From: the human T2T-CHM13v2.0 reference genome, Homo sapiens
Reading direction: 5' to 3' (one strand)
DNA: 64,000 bases
Assembly: GCF_009914755.1 (NCBI RefSeq)
Contig: NC_060939.1
Shown here: positions 44,335 to 63,352 of the stretch, piece after piece
Layout of the letters: every line of letters begins with the position of its first letter
Position numbering within the stretch: the first letter of the stretch is position 1
Made by a program: the position numbers and the translations under genes
The notes under the pieces: model-generated
What the model was told of the DNA's origin: nothing
Database searches by the model: none
Seen by the model: the letters and a program-made list of their open reading frames with translations, nothing else

Positions 44335-45957
44335 TAAATACCTGGGCAATTATAAAAGCTAGTATTATTGTAACAATGATTTGTAACTCCAGTTTTTGTT
44401 TTCTCCATGATTTGAGAGACTTATACGTTTTAAAAATTATTAGTCTAAAAACTAATATTATTATAACTTTGGTTTGTGACTCCACATTTTGTTTTCTACA
44501 TAATTTAAGAGACTCATGTATTAAAAAGATTTAGTTTATGTTTTGGCACACACAATGTATAAGGATGTAATTTTGTTATATCAACAACCAGAAGGAATGG
44601 GGACAGAACTGTAAAGCATAGTTTTTATGTGATTAAAGTTGAACTTGTAAAAATTCAAATTAAAGCATTATAACCTTAGAATGTTAAATGTAATCCCTAT
44701 AGTAACCACAGAGAAAATACCTGTAGAAAACACACAAAAAGAAATAAGAAAGGAATGTAAATAATTCACTACAAAAAGTCAACTAAACACAAAAGAAGAT
44801 AGTAATACAGAAATGAGAGATTTTTAAAACTATAATATATATAGAAAACAAACAACAAAATGACAAAAGTGCTTCCTCATCAATAATTACTTTAAATATA
44901 AATGGGTTAAATGCTCCAATCAAAAGACAGATTAGCAGAATCAATTAAAAAACACATGATCCAACTATATGCTATCTATAGAAGACTCACTTTAGATCCA
45001 AAGACACAAGTAGGTTGAAAGCGAAAGGATGTAAAAATATATAGTCACCATAAGAGAGAAGGAGTGGCAATATTAATATCAGACTAAACAGACTTTAAAT
45101 CAAAAAAGTTAACAAGAGACAAAGGACAATATATATTAAATATTCAATACAGCAAGAAGATGTAACAATTACATTTATGCACCTAATAACAGACCATCAA
45201 AATATATAAAGCAAAGACTGAAAGAAATGAAAGGAGGTAGAGACAGTTCTCATTCTCATTCTAGGAGGGCAGCACTACCCTAATAGCAAAGCAAAGACAG
45301 TATTAAAAAATTACAGAACAATACCCCATATGAACATTTTGCAATGCAAAATTGATGCAAAAATCCTCAACAAAATACTAACAAACCAAATTCAGCAGCA
45401 TAGCAAAAGGATTATACAACATAACCAAGTTAGATTTTTTTCCTGCAATGTAAGGATGGTTCAACATATGAAAATCAATCAACGCAATATATCACACTAA
45501 CAGAATGGAGGAAGGAAAAAAATAATCATTTCAACTGATGCATAAAACTATTTGACAAAAATCAACAGCTTTTTGTGATAAAAACATTCAACAAACTAGG
45601 AATAGAAGAAATTACCAATATAAGAAAAGTCATATATGAAAAATCCACAGCAAATATCATACTCAATAGTGAAAGACTGAAAGCTTTTCCTTTAAGATCA
45701 GGAACAAGGCAAGGATGCCTACTCTCACCACTGCTATTTAATATAGAATTGGAAGTTCTTAGCAAAGAGATTATGCAAGAATAAGAAATAAGTCATAGAA
45801 GTTAGAAAGGAAGATATAAAATTGTTTGTTTACTGACGATATATAATGTGTAGAAAAATCCCAAAGATTCCACCCCCATCAAAAAGAAAAAAAAAAAAAA
45901 CCTGCTACAACTAATAAATGAATTCATCGAAGTCTCAGGATATAAAGTCAACACACA

Positions 45958-46267
45958 GGCTGGGTGTGATGGCTGACTCCTGTAATCTCAGTGCTTTGAG
46001 AGGCCGAAGCAGGAAGATCGTTTAAGCCCAAGAGTTTGAGACCACACTGGGCAACACAGTGAGAGACCCTGTCTCTACAAAATTCTTTTTTTTTTTTTTT
46101 TCAATTAGCCAGAAGTGGTGCTATATGCCTGTGGTCCCAGCTACTCAGGAAGATGAAGCAGGATTGTTTGAGTCCAGGAACTCAAGGCTGCAGTGAGCCA
46201 TGATCACACCACTGTACTTTAGCCTGGGCAACAGAGCAGACCCTGTCTCAGAAAATAAATAAATAAA
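45958..46267 (+). mobile_element. AluJ with poly-T linker
   Basis: Dimeric; cluster TSD t(c/t)aacacaca. Confidence 0.9.
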
Positions 46268-46269
46268 GA

Positions 46270-46917
<648 letters not shown>

Positions 46918-47386
46918 CTATATACTAACAAATAATAATCCGAAAAGAAAAGTACAAAAACAATTCAATATATAATTGCATCAAAAAGAATAAAATACAT
47001 AGGAATTAACCAAGGAGGTAAAAGATTCATTGGATGAAACTACAAAACAGTGCTAAAAGAAATTAAAGAGTAGTGCTAAAAGACCTAGATGTAAAACCTA
47101 AAACTATAAAACTCTTAGAACAAACAGAAGCTTCACAACACTGGATTTGGCAATGATTTTCTGGATATGAGAACAAAGGCACAAGCAAGGAAAGAAAAAA
47201 AAGTTTGGACTTCATGAAAATTATAAAAATTTTGTGCATCAAAATCAACAGAGTAAAAAGGCAACCCACAGAATGGGAGAAAATCTTTATAAATCACATA
47301 TCTGATAAGCGATTAATGTCCGGAATATATAGTAAACTCCTAAAACAAACAAACAAAAATCACAATTAGTAAATGGGCAAAGGCCA

Positions 47387-47681
47387 GGCCAGGCGCGGTG
47401 GATCACAACTGTAATCTCAGCACTTTAGGAGGCCGCGGTGGGCAGGTCACTTGAGGTCAGGAGTTCGAGACCAGCCTGGCCAACATGGTAAAATCCCCTC
47501 TCTACTAAAAATACAAAAATTAGCCAGGTGTCCTGGCGCATGCCTGTAGTCCCAGCTACTCAGGAGGCTGAGGCATGAGAATTGCTTGAACCTGGGAGGC
47601 ACAGGTGCAGTGAGCTGAGATTGCGCCACTGTACTCCAGCCTGGGTGATAGAGGGAGACTGTCCCAAAAAACAAAACAAAA
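47387..47681 (+). mobile_element. AluSz/Sx (head of the composite insertion)
   Basis: Dimeric; no TSD of its own. Confidence 0.92.
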
Positions 47682-47689
47682 CTATATTT

Positions 47690-48338
47690 TCCCCTTTTCC
47701 AGTCAAAAACCTGCAGCAGTAAACACTATTGTACATCTTTTGTGTCTCCCTTCTTTTGCTCAATTTTTAAAGATAAATCTAGGTTGTTATATGTATCAAT
47801 ACTTAATTCTTTAACCTTATTGTGTAGTATTACTCCAATGTGCAAATACATAAATAAGCCACAATTTGTTTATTCATAATCCTACTGAACATTTGGTTTG
47901 TTCCAGTTTGGGACAATTATAAAGTTGCTACACACATTCTCATACAAGCCTTGCAGAATAAGCGTATGTTTAATTTTATTAGAAACCACCAAACAGCATT
48001 CTTGAGTTACCTCAGTAAATGGGAAAAAGCTCCACCAGATTTGATTGTGAGCTAAGTTGCTCTAATCTCTGGTAACACTTGGCCTTAATTTTTTTTTAAC
48101 TTTAACCACTCTGGTGGATGTCTACTGATATTGCACATCAATTTTTACTTGCACTTCCCTGATGAACAATAATGGAACATACATTTACTGACCATCTGGA
48201 GATAGTCTTTTGTGAAGTGCTTGATGACATATTTTGTCTGTTAAAATTGGCTGTTTATCTTTTTCTTATTGCTTTGCAGGAGTTGTTTATATATTGTGGA
48301 TCTGACTTCTTTATTAAACTGTACTGCAAATATTTTCT
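47690..48338 (-). mobile_element. Ancient L1ME-like fragment carried inside the composite insertion
   Basis: ccacaatttgtttattcat, gaacatttggtttgttccagtttgggac, tcttttgtgaagtgc. Confidence 0.65.
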
Positions 48339-49146
48339 AAAAAAAAAAAGTAAACGGGCAAAGATCTTGAATAGACATTTCTTCAAAGAAGATATACAAA
48401 TGGCCAATAAGCACATGAAAAGATGATCAACATCACTAATCACTGAGGAAATGCAAATCAAAATTACAATGAGATACCTCCTCACATCATTAAGATGCCT
48501 ATCATCAAGAAAAGAGAAGACAAATGCTGGACAGGATGTGGAGAAACTGGAACTCTTATGCACTATTGGTGGGACTATAAAATGGTACAGCCACTATAGA
48601 AAATAGTATGGCACTTCCTCAAAAAATTCAAAATATAATTACCATATGGTCCAGCAATTCTATCTCTGGGTGGGTATATACTCAAAATAACTGAACACAA
48701 GGTCTCAAAGAGATACTTGTATATCCATGTTCACAGCAGCATTATTCACAATAGCTAAAATGTAGAGGCAACCTAAAAGTCCATCAACAGATGAATGAAT
48801 AAGCAAAATGTGGTATATACATATAATGAAGGATTATTCAGACTTTAAAAGGAAGGAAACTCTGACATAAGCTTTAACATAAATAAACCTTGAAAAAACT
48901 ATGCTAAGTGAAATAAGCCAGTCACAAAAAGACAAATACTGTATGATTCCATTTATATGAGGTATAGACGAATACTAGAATGGTGGTTACCAGGGGTTGA
49001 GGGGATAGGGAAATGGGAAGTTATTGTTTAAAGGGTATAGAGTTTCAGTTTTACAGATGAAAAAGACTGTGGAGGTGGATGGTGGTAATGGTTGCACATT
49101 ATGAATGTATTTCATCTGACTGGACTGTACATTTTAAAATGGTTAA

Positions 49147-49434
<288 letters not shown>

Positions 49435-49499
49435 TGGCTAAGATGGTAAATTTTACATTATATTAATTTTAAGTACAATTAAAACTTGGGAAAAAATGT

Positions 49500-49807
49500 T
49501 GACGGGTGCAATGGCTCACACCCGTAGTCCTAGCACTTTGGAAGGCCAAGGTCAACAAACTGCTTAAGCCCAGGAGTTGGAGTCCAGCCTGGGCAACATG
49601 GCAATTACCCCATCTCTATAAAAAATACAAAAATTAACTGGGTTTGGTGGTGCATGCTTTTCATCTCAGCTATTCAGGAGGCTGAGGTGGGAGGATCAAT
49701 TGAGCCTGGGGAGGTTGAGGCTGCAGTGAGCCATGATTGCACTTCACTCCAGCCTCAGTGAGAGTGAGTCTCAAAATACAAAAACAAAAACAAACAAAGA
49801 AAAAAAA
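49500..49807 (+). mobile_element. AluJ
   Basis: TSD cttgggaaaaaa. Confidence 0.9.
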
Positions 49808-50129
49808 CCTTGGGAAAAAACTTTAAAAAAAAAAGACCAATAGAGTACACAAGTTTTTAGTTTTTCCGAATCACCATGTTAACTTTCTTTATCGGCTTAC
49901 ATACTTGGTTATTGAGGGCACCAAAGCTTTTACTTTGGGATTAATTTGGTTTTTAATCCTATGCAACAGTATAAAATAGTTATTTATGATTTATAATCAG
50001 TGCATACTTAGAAGATGCTTAGAGTGGAAACTGCTTGGTAGATACTTTTAATCAAGCTTTAGTGAACTGTTTTCCCTGCAAAGCAGGCAACACTTTATGT
50101 GTAAAACCTTTATTGCAACTATTATATCT

Positions 50130-51000
<871 letters not shown>

Positions 51001-51039
51001 ATCAAAAAAAGGGTTGAATTCTTTTATTCACTAATTTAA

Positions 51040-51373
<334 letters not shown>

Positions 51374-51604
51374 TGAGTGACCACTGACTAGGTGCAATAA
51401 GGAATATAATGAAATATGCAAGAAGTTCTCCAGAGGAAAGCAGGAAAAAAAGAGCTGATAGTCATGAAAAACAGCACAGTGTCACAAAAGTTGAACCACT
51501 GAGGCAAGGTTCAAAGCCTTAAGTGTATTGAAAAAGACTAATATTTAGTCTCAGTGAACTGAGGTCAGTCAACTACTTGCCCAATAGTGAAAAATAAAAA
51601 ATGA

Positions 51605-51907
<303 letters not shown>

Positions 51908-52268
51908 TAAATAATTTTAACTATAAATAGAGGCCAAAGATTGTGCTTTAAAAAGTAAGGCAAAGTTGAGGATTTTTTAGTAGCTTTTAGTATTCTAAAC
52001 ATCCCTTAAAACATGTGAGTCCAATGTTTGAGGTTCACACATTTGACTTTTTTATGTGTTTCCAGGAACATATATATGATCTAAGAAAGTTGAGGAATAC
52101 CTATTAGACCCAGATAGGCTTCTGTTGCTTATGAACATAAATCTCATCTCTACCCTGTCATTTGGAAGTATGAAAATAGGATTTGATATGCATCTTGACT
52201 TACACCCATTATATGTTTGGTGCTGTAATACACATCAGGAATGTATCTTTTTAATTGTCTCTTCTACT

Positions 52269-52365
52269 CTAGTACCAGCTACTTGGAAAACTGAGGCAGG
52301 AGGACTGCTCCAGCTCAAGAGTTCATGACCAGCCTGAGCAACATAGAGAGATTTTGTCCCAAAAT
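52269..52365 (+). mobile_element. FLAM_A-like fragment
   Basis: ccagctacttgg...gagttcatgaccagcctgagcaacatag. Confidence 0.7.
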
Positions 52366-54249
52366 ATATATATATAAAAATGCAAAAATAAACTGCCCCT
52401 TCTAGATACATAAGAAACTAGTTAACAGTAGTTTTTCTGAACAGGCAAGCTGGGAATTGGAGGTCAGGGATGAGACAAAGATCAGTTTTTCATACTACAT
52501 CCTTTCTCTCTGTCATTAAAAATAGGTCAACCTTCTCAAATAAAAAAGGCATTATGATTACAAGCTACATATCATATTAAATACATACAATAATTTTTAC
52601 CTGTATTATTTTATGAGAGCTAAAATCCAGACACCTTCAGATATGTTTAATTCCTACTTCTCTAGAGGAAGCCTCCTTTCTTCATGAAAAGTAAAGCATA
52701 CTTTATGTCAATGAACACTTATCTTCAAAAATTTTATCCAATGTCCAAATGTTCAAGAGTAATCAATCAGTATCAATGCAGGCAATATTCTATATTTGTA
52801 ATCTACCTGTGAGGTCCTCTCACATTAGGAACTGGACCTTCAGACTGCTCTTTAAATAACTTTGGGTCATGTGATTATATGAAAAGCCTAATAGATGTCT
52901 AAATTATTAGTACCACTGTAGTATCCTACAGGTAGTAGTATTCACATAATACTTCATATAATTCATAATGACGACTTAAAAAGTCCTAAGCAGGTAAATC
53001 ACACTATCAAGCAATTAATTGTTCAATGTGCTAAAACAGAAATTTCTAAATGTGTTGTGTGAAAAACAACTATTGCTAAGTCATTTATATCATAAACTGT
53101 AAATAAAAAATACCACTAGCTCTATGGTATGCAAATGTACAATCTGATTTCACTTTAAGTTTGTCTCACTTCCTTTCTTCACTAGACTCCAAATAAGAAA
53201 ATGAAAGAGTACAATTCAGGAGATGAAAGAAAAGGAAAATCCAGGAAATTCAATCAGATCTACATGACTCATGTTGTGTCAACTGCAAATTTCTGATTTC
53301 AAACTTAAAAAAAAAGAAACTTCAAGGACCCTTCAAATTATGTTCAAGTCATATGCCTGATGAGACAATTGAATCACATTACTGGACTACATTTTTTCCC
53401 CTTGATTCAATCTCTTGCTGCCACAAATATGTTTGTTCAGTGTAAATGGAGTGATAAAGATTGACCTTTCTAGTTGAGCATCTGGCGGAACTGGATTTTA
53501 AATAGTATGCTTAGGATTTTACTTCACTTGATTTAAGGCAAAAGAAGTGACATAAAAGTCCATGGATAATAGATCCATATATCTAATTTTAATTCTAGGA
53601 ATTTTAGAGCCTCTGTCTCACCCTCTTTGACAAATTCAGCATCTCACACCAGGATGAGGTATAACCACAAGAGAAACATTAAACTACTACTGTGAGAACT
53701 TAGTAGCAGTTCTACTTTTAAGAATTGTTCCCATCTATTTTCTGTTCTAAAGAAAGGGGAAAAAATAGAACAGAAGGGAGAAAAAAATTGTTGTGACCTT
53801 AAGCCCTGTCTAGTACCTTGACTCATTCCAATGTCTTTTCACTGATTTTCCATCCAATAGCACCAAAATAATAAGACTTCCAGTTCCTTCTTTCTTTTGT
53901 ACCTCATAACCTGACAAATAAAACAGTCTTGGAAACTGTTCTGGATATTTAAGACCACATATATTTTCAGCTTTTTGTAAAATTTTTACTCTTCCTAATA
54001 TTTGTCACCTTATCCTAATTACTGTATACTCATGACCCAACCCATTACTAAAATTATAAACATAGAAGATTATGTGCAACTGCTGAGAAATTACATACTC
54101 AAAGCAGCCCTCAAAAACAAATTTCCATGAATACCTAATGTAAAGAAGAGCCTACATTTACGAAATTTCTTTTAGACCTGCTACCTGATTTCCATTCAAT
54201 GCTAGCATGTGATCAAGAGCTAATTTGCATAGCTGATAGGAAGCTGAGT

Positions 54250-55180
54250 CCAATCATTTATTCACAGCAGGCATAGTGCTAGAAGCTAAGGATGCAGAGA
54301 TAAAAGACTCAGTCAGACTCTTCATTCAAAGACCTCAAAGTCTAGTGGAAGAAAGAGCCACACATACCTACAATCACAATATCATGGGCAAGTATCATGG
54401 CAGGAGTATGCCCAGCATGGCATAGGAAGACAAAAAAAATGAGCACCTAACTCAAGTCTGAAAAGACTGGGAAAATCTTCTCAGACAATGTAGCACTAGA
54501 ACCAAGCCTAGAGAGATCCTTAGGAGGAACAGGGATGGGAGCAGAGGAACAGGGCATTCTATTCAGAGGAAAAAGACACACATGTTCTGTTTGGGATGAT
54601 GAAAACATTCTGGAAATAGAGAGTGGTGTTTGTTACACAAATCTCTATTGGTGTACCTAATGTCACTGAATTATACACTTAAAATGATAAATTTTATGTG
54701 TATTTTACCATACACACACGTTTGGGAGGGTAGAAACACCACATAAGGTATCTGTGGAGGAGACTGAGTGGCAAGAGAAAGGACTGAGATGCAACAGGGC
54801 TAGACCATAAAGGGCTTTGTATTCCATGGTAAAGGAGTACGGAGGCTAAACCAGGGTGGAAGAAAGACTGGAAGGGGCAGGAATGATTAGGAGGCTACTG
54901 ATATCTCCAGATGAGAAATTAAGGTCTAAATTCTGAGAGGCAGTGAGACAAAAGGAATGAATTGACTTCCAAGACAGCAAGAAAGAAGAATGAAGGGATC
55001 TTGGAGCCTAAAGTTAAGGAACAAGAGGAGTTTAAGATGCCTCTCAGGTTTTGTGCTTGAGCAATCAAGCAGATGACACTGCCAAGTCACCTAGAGAATG
55101 AAAATAGGAGAAGCATCAGGTTGGATCAGGAAGCATTGGTAATTCTTGCTTTGATCTGCCAAGTTTGAAAGCTTGTGGAC
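54250..55180 (-). mobile_element. L2 fragment with small L1M insert (~54580-54715)
   Basis: tcatttattcacagcaggcatagtgctag; attaggaggctactg. Confidence 0.65.
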
Positions 55181-55531
55181 AAAGGATAAAGATTAGCAGT
55201 TAGAGGAGTTGCTTCATTTCTTAAGTGGATCTGTGGACTTTGTGCTGCTTCAAGGCCCAGGCAACAAATAGCAGCTGAGATTTAAGGAGGAAGCCATTTT
55301 TCATACCTTTAAATAGAATCCAGCACTATCACCCAGACAATCAGGGGCTATGACAGGCTCAGGGGGTAGCTTCTCTCGCAAGGTCCCGAGGTTCTCAGTA
55401 GTACCTTCAGTGAGGCTCCTCAAGTGGCAGCATCTATCATCAAGGGTGAGCCAAAGATGAATAAGTAGCATGGCTGACCCTTCACGGTAGCCACTGCTGA
55501 CATTTAGTTCTCATAGAAATAACTGGGGAAG

Positions 55532-55943
<412 letters not shown>

Positions 55944-56609
55944 TTACTAAAGCCTACAGCTTACCAGTTTATAAACATTTTAGCAAAAGCAAAACATTGC
56001 TCATACTGTTTGTATACTGCTTTATTGTAATTAACAATATGGTGAGCATCTTCCTGTATTATAACATTCTTCTATAACTTCATGTTTAAAGCTAAATAGT
56101 ATCTGATTATATATCATGATTTATTCAACCACCTATTGTTGGATGCTTAAGTTTGAAGAAAGCTTTTCAAGCTAATTTTAAAAATTAAGCCCATCATTCT
56201 AAGTAATCCTAATTCCATTTTTATGGTGACAACTAGCAATATCTTAGTATTTTATTTGATGATTCCTTGTCTATAAAATTCCCTTTAGATTTTTGTTTAA
56301 ATCATTTTTAAAACCTATATAACCAGCTAAAAGAATGCATAGCAACTTACTAGCCCTTTCATAAGAAGGAAGTAAATTGCTCACTTGTTGGGGATGCATT
56401 AATTTTATCAAGCCACTAGTGTACCATATTGTACAAGAGAGGAGGCAGGTAATTCACTAAATAGCACCCTCGTGGCACAAAAGAGTAAATACATCTCCAA
56501 TAAGTGAACCATGTGCTCTCTGTCAGCAGGATCAGCATATTATTTTATATCTCCTTTCCCATCCCATGGATGCTTACTGGTCCCTCCTTGAGTTAACAAT
56601 AAATGTAGA

Positions 56610-56890
56610 CAGAGATGCCTCCATCTGTGCTCATGTTGTTCCTTCCACCCATGTCCCACAGCTCCCTCAATTTCTATTCCCAACCAACTCCTACTTATTC
56701 AAAAAAGTTCAACTGCTGCTTCCTCCAGAAAGTCTTCTCTAACCATGCTCATCTTGAGTCAAGTGGTCCCAAAGTGTCCTGCCTGCACCTCTGAGTATAG
56801 AATATAGTTTACTAAAATGGTAATTTTATATTCACCCACCAAATCATAAGCCTCTTTAGGATACCTCATAGCTTCATTAAATAATTGCTG
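56610..56890 (+). mobile_element. L2 fragment
   Basis: aactcctacttattc...cttcctccagaaagtcttctct. Confidence 0.5.
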
Positions 56891-57333
56891 AGAAGGAATG
56901 CTGTGATTCAAAGAGTGCCACAAAGTTTTACCTGCCTTCTTCACCTGTAATATTAATATCTGCAAGCAACTGGGCAACATGCTTAACTATTAAGGTTATG
57001 TATAATTTTCCAATAAAATACAATAATTTGACACATGCTCAATGTGTAATCATTGTTGTGATGCATGGTATTTAAACATGATTTGTATAAATTACTACCA
57101 TTGGTAGTTTTCAGGAATGTAGTGGGATGGCATATGGTGACCAACTTCTCCCTCTCACAGATATGCAGCTGACCTCATCTACCTCTGTTCTACATCTTTC
57201 CAAATGTTCCAAGTTCCAAAACAGCCCCTTACTATACCGTATCTTCCTCTCCTTCCACAAACTCTCCACTAAAATGACTATTTTCACAGGAAATTGAATT
57301 CAGCTGAGACTTTTATCTCTACTTTTGTACTGA

Positions 57334-57724
<391 letters not shown>

Positions 57725-57864
57725 TTTTTTTTTTTTTTTTAAGACAGATCAGGTCTCACTATTTTGCCCAGGCTGGTCTCAAACTCCTAAGCTCAAGCAA
57801 TTCTCCCACATCGGTTTCCCCAGTGGATGGGACTACATACAGGTCCACGCCACCACACCTGGCT
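57725..57864 (-). mobile_element. FLAM monomer
   Basis: Left monomer. Confidence 0.8.
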
Positions 57865-58048
57865 TATTTAACTCTTTGTCTTTATATTAATATTTACATT
57901 ACTTTGCCTAACACTGCATTTCCTCCCTTTGCTAGCTTTCTTTCATTATAATTTGCCAATTTTGTATTTCTATTGGCTCTAAAGTCATGTTTTTTCCTGC
58001 CTCCAGGCTGAAAATTTAATGTTCTCTTTGTCTTAAAACTCCCATGTC

Positions 58049-58352
<304 letters not shown>

Positions 58353-58355
58353 CAA

Positions 58356-58684
<329 letters not shown>

Positions 58685-58769
58685 TCAGCTCTTATATTAT
58701 GTTTGACTCTCTCAGGATATTAAGGAAGTGTTAAAAATCCTTGTAACACTTCTTGATTATATTCAATGT

Positions 58770-58925
58770 GTCTACTTCTTCAGTGGACTGTGAACTCTTC
58801 AAGGGCAGAGAATAGGTCTGTCTGCCTTCTCTGCTGTACCCCCGTGTACATAACTAGTGCCTGGAATAGAGGGGTTGGGCATTCTAATACTTTTTGAACG
58901 ACTGAGTGGATAAATAATGAATGTG
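58770..58925 (+). mobile_element. L2 3' end
   Basis: ggactgtgaactcttcaagggcagag...tagtgcctggaatag. Confidence 0.7.
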
Positions 58926-60099
58926 GTCATGGTACACTTCTTTAGCTTTAACAGATTCATTACATTGTTTTGATAACTTCATATCAAATTTTCCTACCAC
59001 TTGTATCAATTTGTTAACTGCTCTGGAGTCCTATTATTCATCATCCTCATATGACTAACAAAAGCTGAGTTACTGAGAATTTGGCTTCAGTGCATACAGA
59101 TATTCTACCATTTGATAATCGAGTTGCTAACTAAATCTGCATGAAACAAAACGTCCAAGTATTCATTCTTTACCAGACTTAAAAGGGAATAAAGTGAACG
59201 TCTAATGAATAACAACTTCTGCAGGGTCTCAGGAAAAGGTAAAAACTGCTATCTCCCTCTCTTCTCTCTGTTCTAAGATTTTTAATAAGGCCACTTCTCT
59301 TGCTACATGGGGAGAGTGTGCAGCTGATCAGAGGCCCTGAATGTTGCCTAGTCAAGTTCCTCCACTTCATTCTGTATAGGCCAAATTAAATGTTGACAGA
59401 CATCATCATCCATCTTTTAACTTTACATTCTCTGTCTCTGCCTTGCTTCTAGCAAGGGGAAGTCTTTCAAACCTGAGATCCATTTTATGCTGCTCCTTAA
59501 CCTCCGCACCAGTTCCTAAGAATGCAAACAAAATGCTTCTCTCCTTCAATCCTCATCTGTTCTTTCCTGTTTCTCACTGTCCTCCCCACCTTTCATTTCT
59601 TCAGCCCCACTCCCTTCCAGACAATGTCTATCCCCGATCATGTTTTCTTTGGTTTCCCTGAAAGCCCTTACTTACTTAATGATAGCTTAACCTGAAATTC
59701 CCCCTACTTGATCATGGTACATTCTAATAGTGTACTATTTTTGTAAGCACTTTTTTTTGCATTATAAGAAAAATATACTATTTCCAACTTTTATGGATTC
59801 ACTTAACAACACTGACTACTTACCATGTTCACATATTATTGGTCATTTTTTTTTTGCAGATGCACTATTCTGCAAATTAAAATCAGCCTAAGGATCAGGG
59901 ACCACATAGAAGATAGATTGTGACATACTCATAAATAGCACCATACAATAACAGAAATTAATGATGTTAGCCTATTCACTAGCAAGATAAGAGGCAACAG
60001 ACAGTAAATTTTAAAACTTTGTTCATAATTTGATGAAATAACATAAATATAATGGATTTTTTCCTGCTCAACATGGGAACTACTTTCTATACAAGTCTT

Positions 60100-60960
<861 letters not shown>

Positions 60961-61009
60961 AAGACAGTAACTAGCAGGTAGCAGATATTAAATTAATCTA
61001 AATCTATCA

Positions 61010-61315
<306 letters not shown>

Positions 61316-61389
61316 TCTATCAAATTAATATTTCCCACTCAGCCTCTGAGTATTAAAAGAGGTATAATTAACATACATGTTTCAATATG

Positions 61390-62325
<936 letters not shown>

Positions 62326-62633
62326 ACTCCGAATACTGCTTATTAAGGTCTATCCAAAGTGAGAAATCAAGTTTACTGAGTTTGTTTTTATCTAGTCAGT
62401 ATGTCTGAAAGTCAGTGAATCATTGAATCATTCCAACTAAAGGAAATGAAAATAGATTTAGCATCCTTCAATTCAACTAACTCCTTAATTAGCAATTTTT
62501 TTCTGAGACTTCTATTTCTACCAATTAGACTTTTCCATATAAAAATAACACTAGATGGAAGAGCCAACAGTTTCACCTCCAAGCAACTGGTTCATATTGG
62601 CTGCCCAGAGCGCTGGATTAAGAAAAATATTCA

Positions 62634-62846
62634 AGCCTGGGCAATGTAGTGAGACCTCGTCTCCACAAAAAAAATTTAAAATTAGCCAAGCATGGTGGGA
62701 CATCCCTGTAGTCCCAGCTACTTAGGAGGCTGAAGTGAGAGGATCATGTGAGCCTGGGAAGTGGAGGTTGCAGTGAGCCAAGATCGCATCACTGCACACC
62801 AGCCTGGGCAACAGAGTGAGACCCTGCCTGTCTCAAAAAAAAAAAG
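62634..62846 (+). mobile_element. 5'-truncated AluJ
   Basis: TSD-like aaaatattca/aaagtgttca. Confidence 0.85.
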
Positions 62847-63056
62847 TGTTCAGCAGAGAACATTACTGATTGTGGTTCAGGAAGGAGAGTGTAGTAACAA
62901 ATACTCTCTCTGCCCTAGACACCTGGATCCTGGAGGACTTTATTCTTTATCTTCTATATTTGGCCTACTACCTTTTGAGTGACCAAATGATGTCCAATCC
63001 AAGGACCTCTCTCTGAGGCATCCTAAACACTTTAGTGAGGCATTTCATTATCACAA

Positions 63057-63352
63057 TTTTTTTTTTTTTTAAGACAGAGTCTTGCTCTGTTGCCCAGGCT
63101 GGAGTGCAATGGCACAATCTTGGCTCACTGCAACCTCCGCCTCCCAGGTTGAAGTGATTCTCCGGCCTCAGCCTCCCAAGTAGCTGGGATTACAGGCATG
63201 TGCCATGATGCCCGGCTAATTTTTGTATTTTTTAGTAGGGACGGGGTTTCGCTATGTTGGCCAGGCTGATCTCGAACTCCTGACCTTAGGTGATCCACCT
63301 GCCTCGGCCTCCCAGAGTGCTGGGATTACAGGCATGAGCCACGGGGCCCAGT
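63057..63352 (-). mobile_element. AluSx
   Basis: Dimeric; TSD-like acaattt. Confidence 0.92.

Noticed and set aside
45575-45784. 69-aa RT-like ORF
   Set aside because: Fragment of a dead L1 ORF2.
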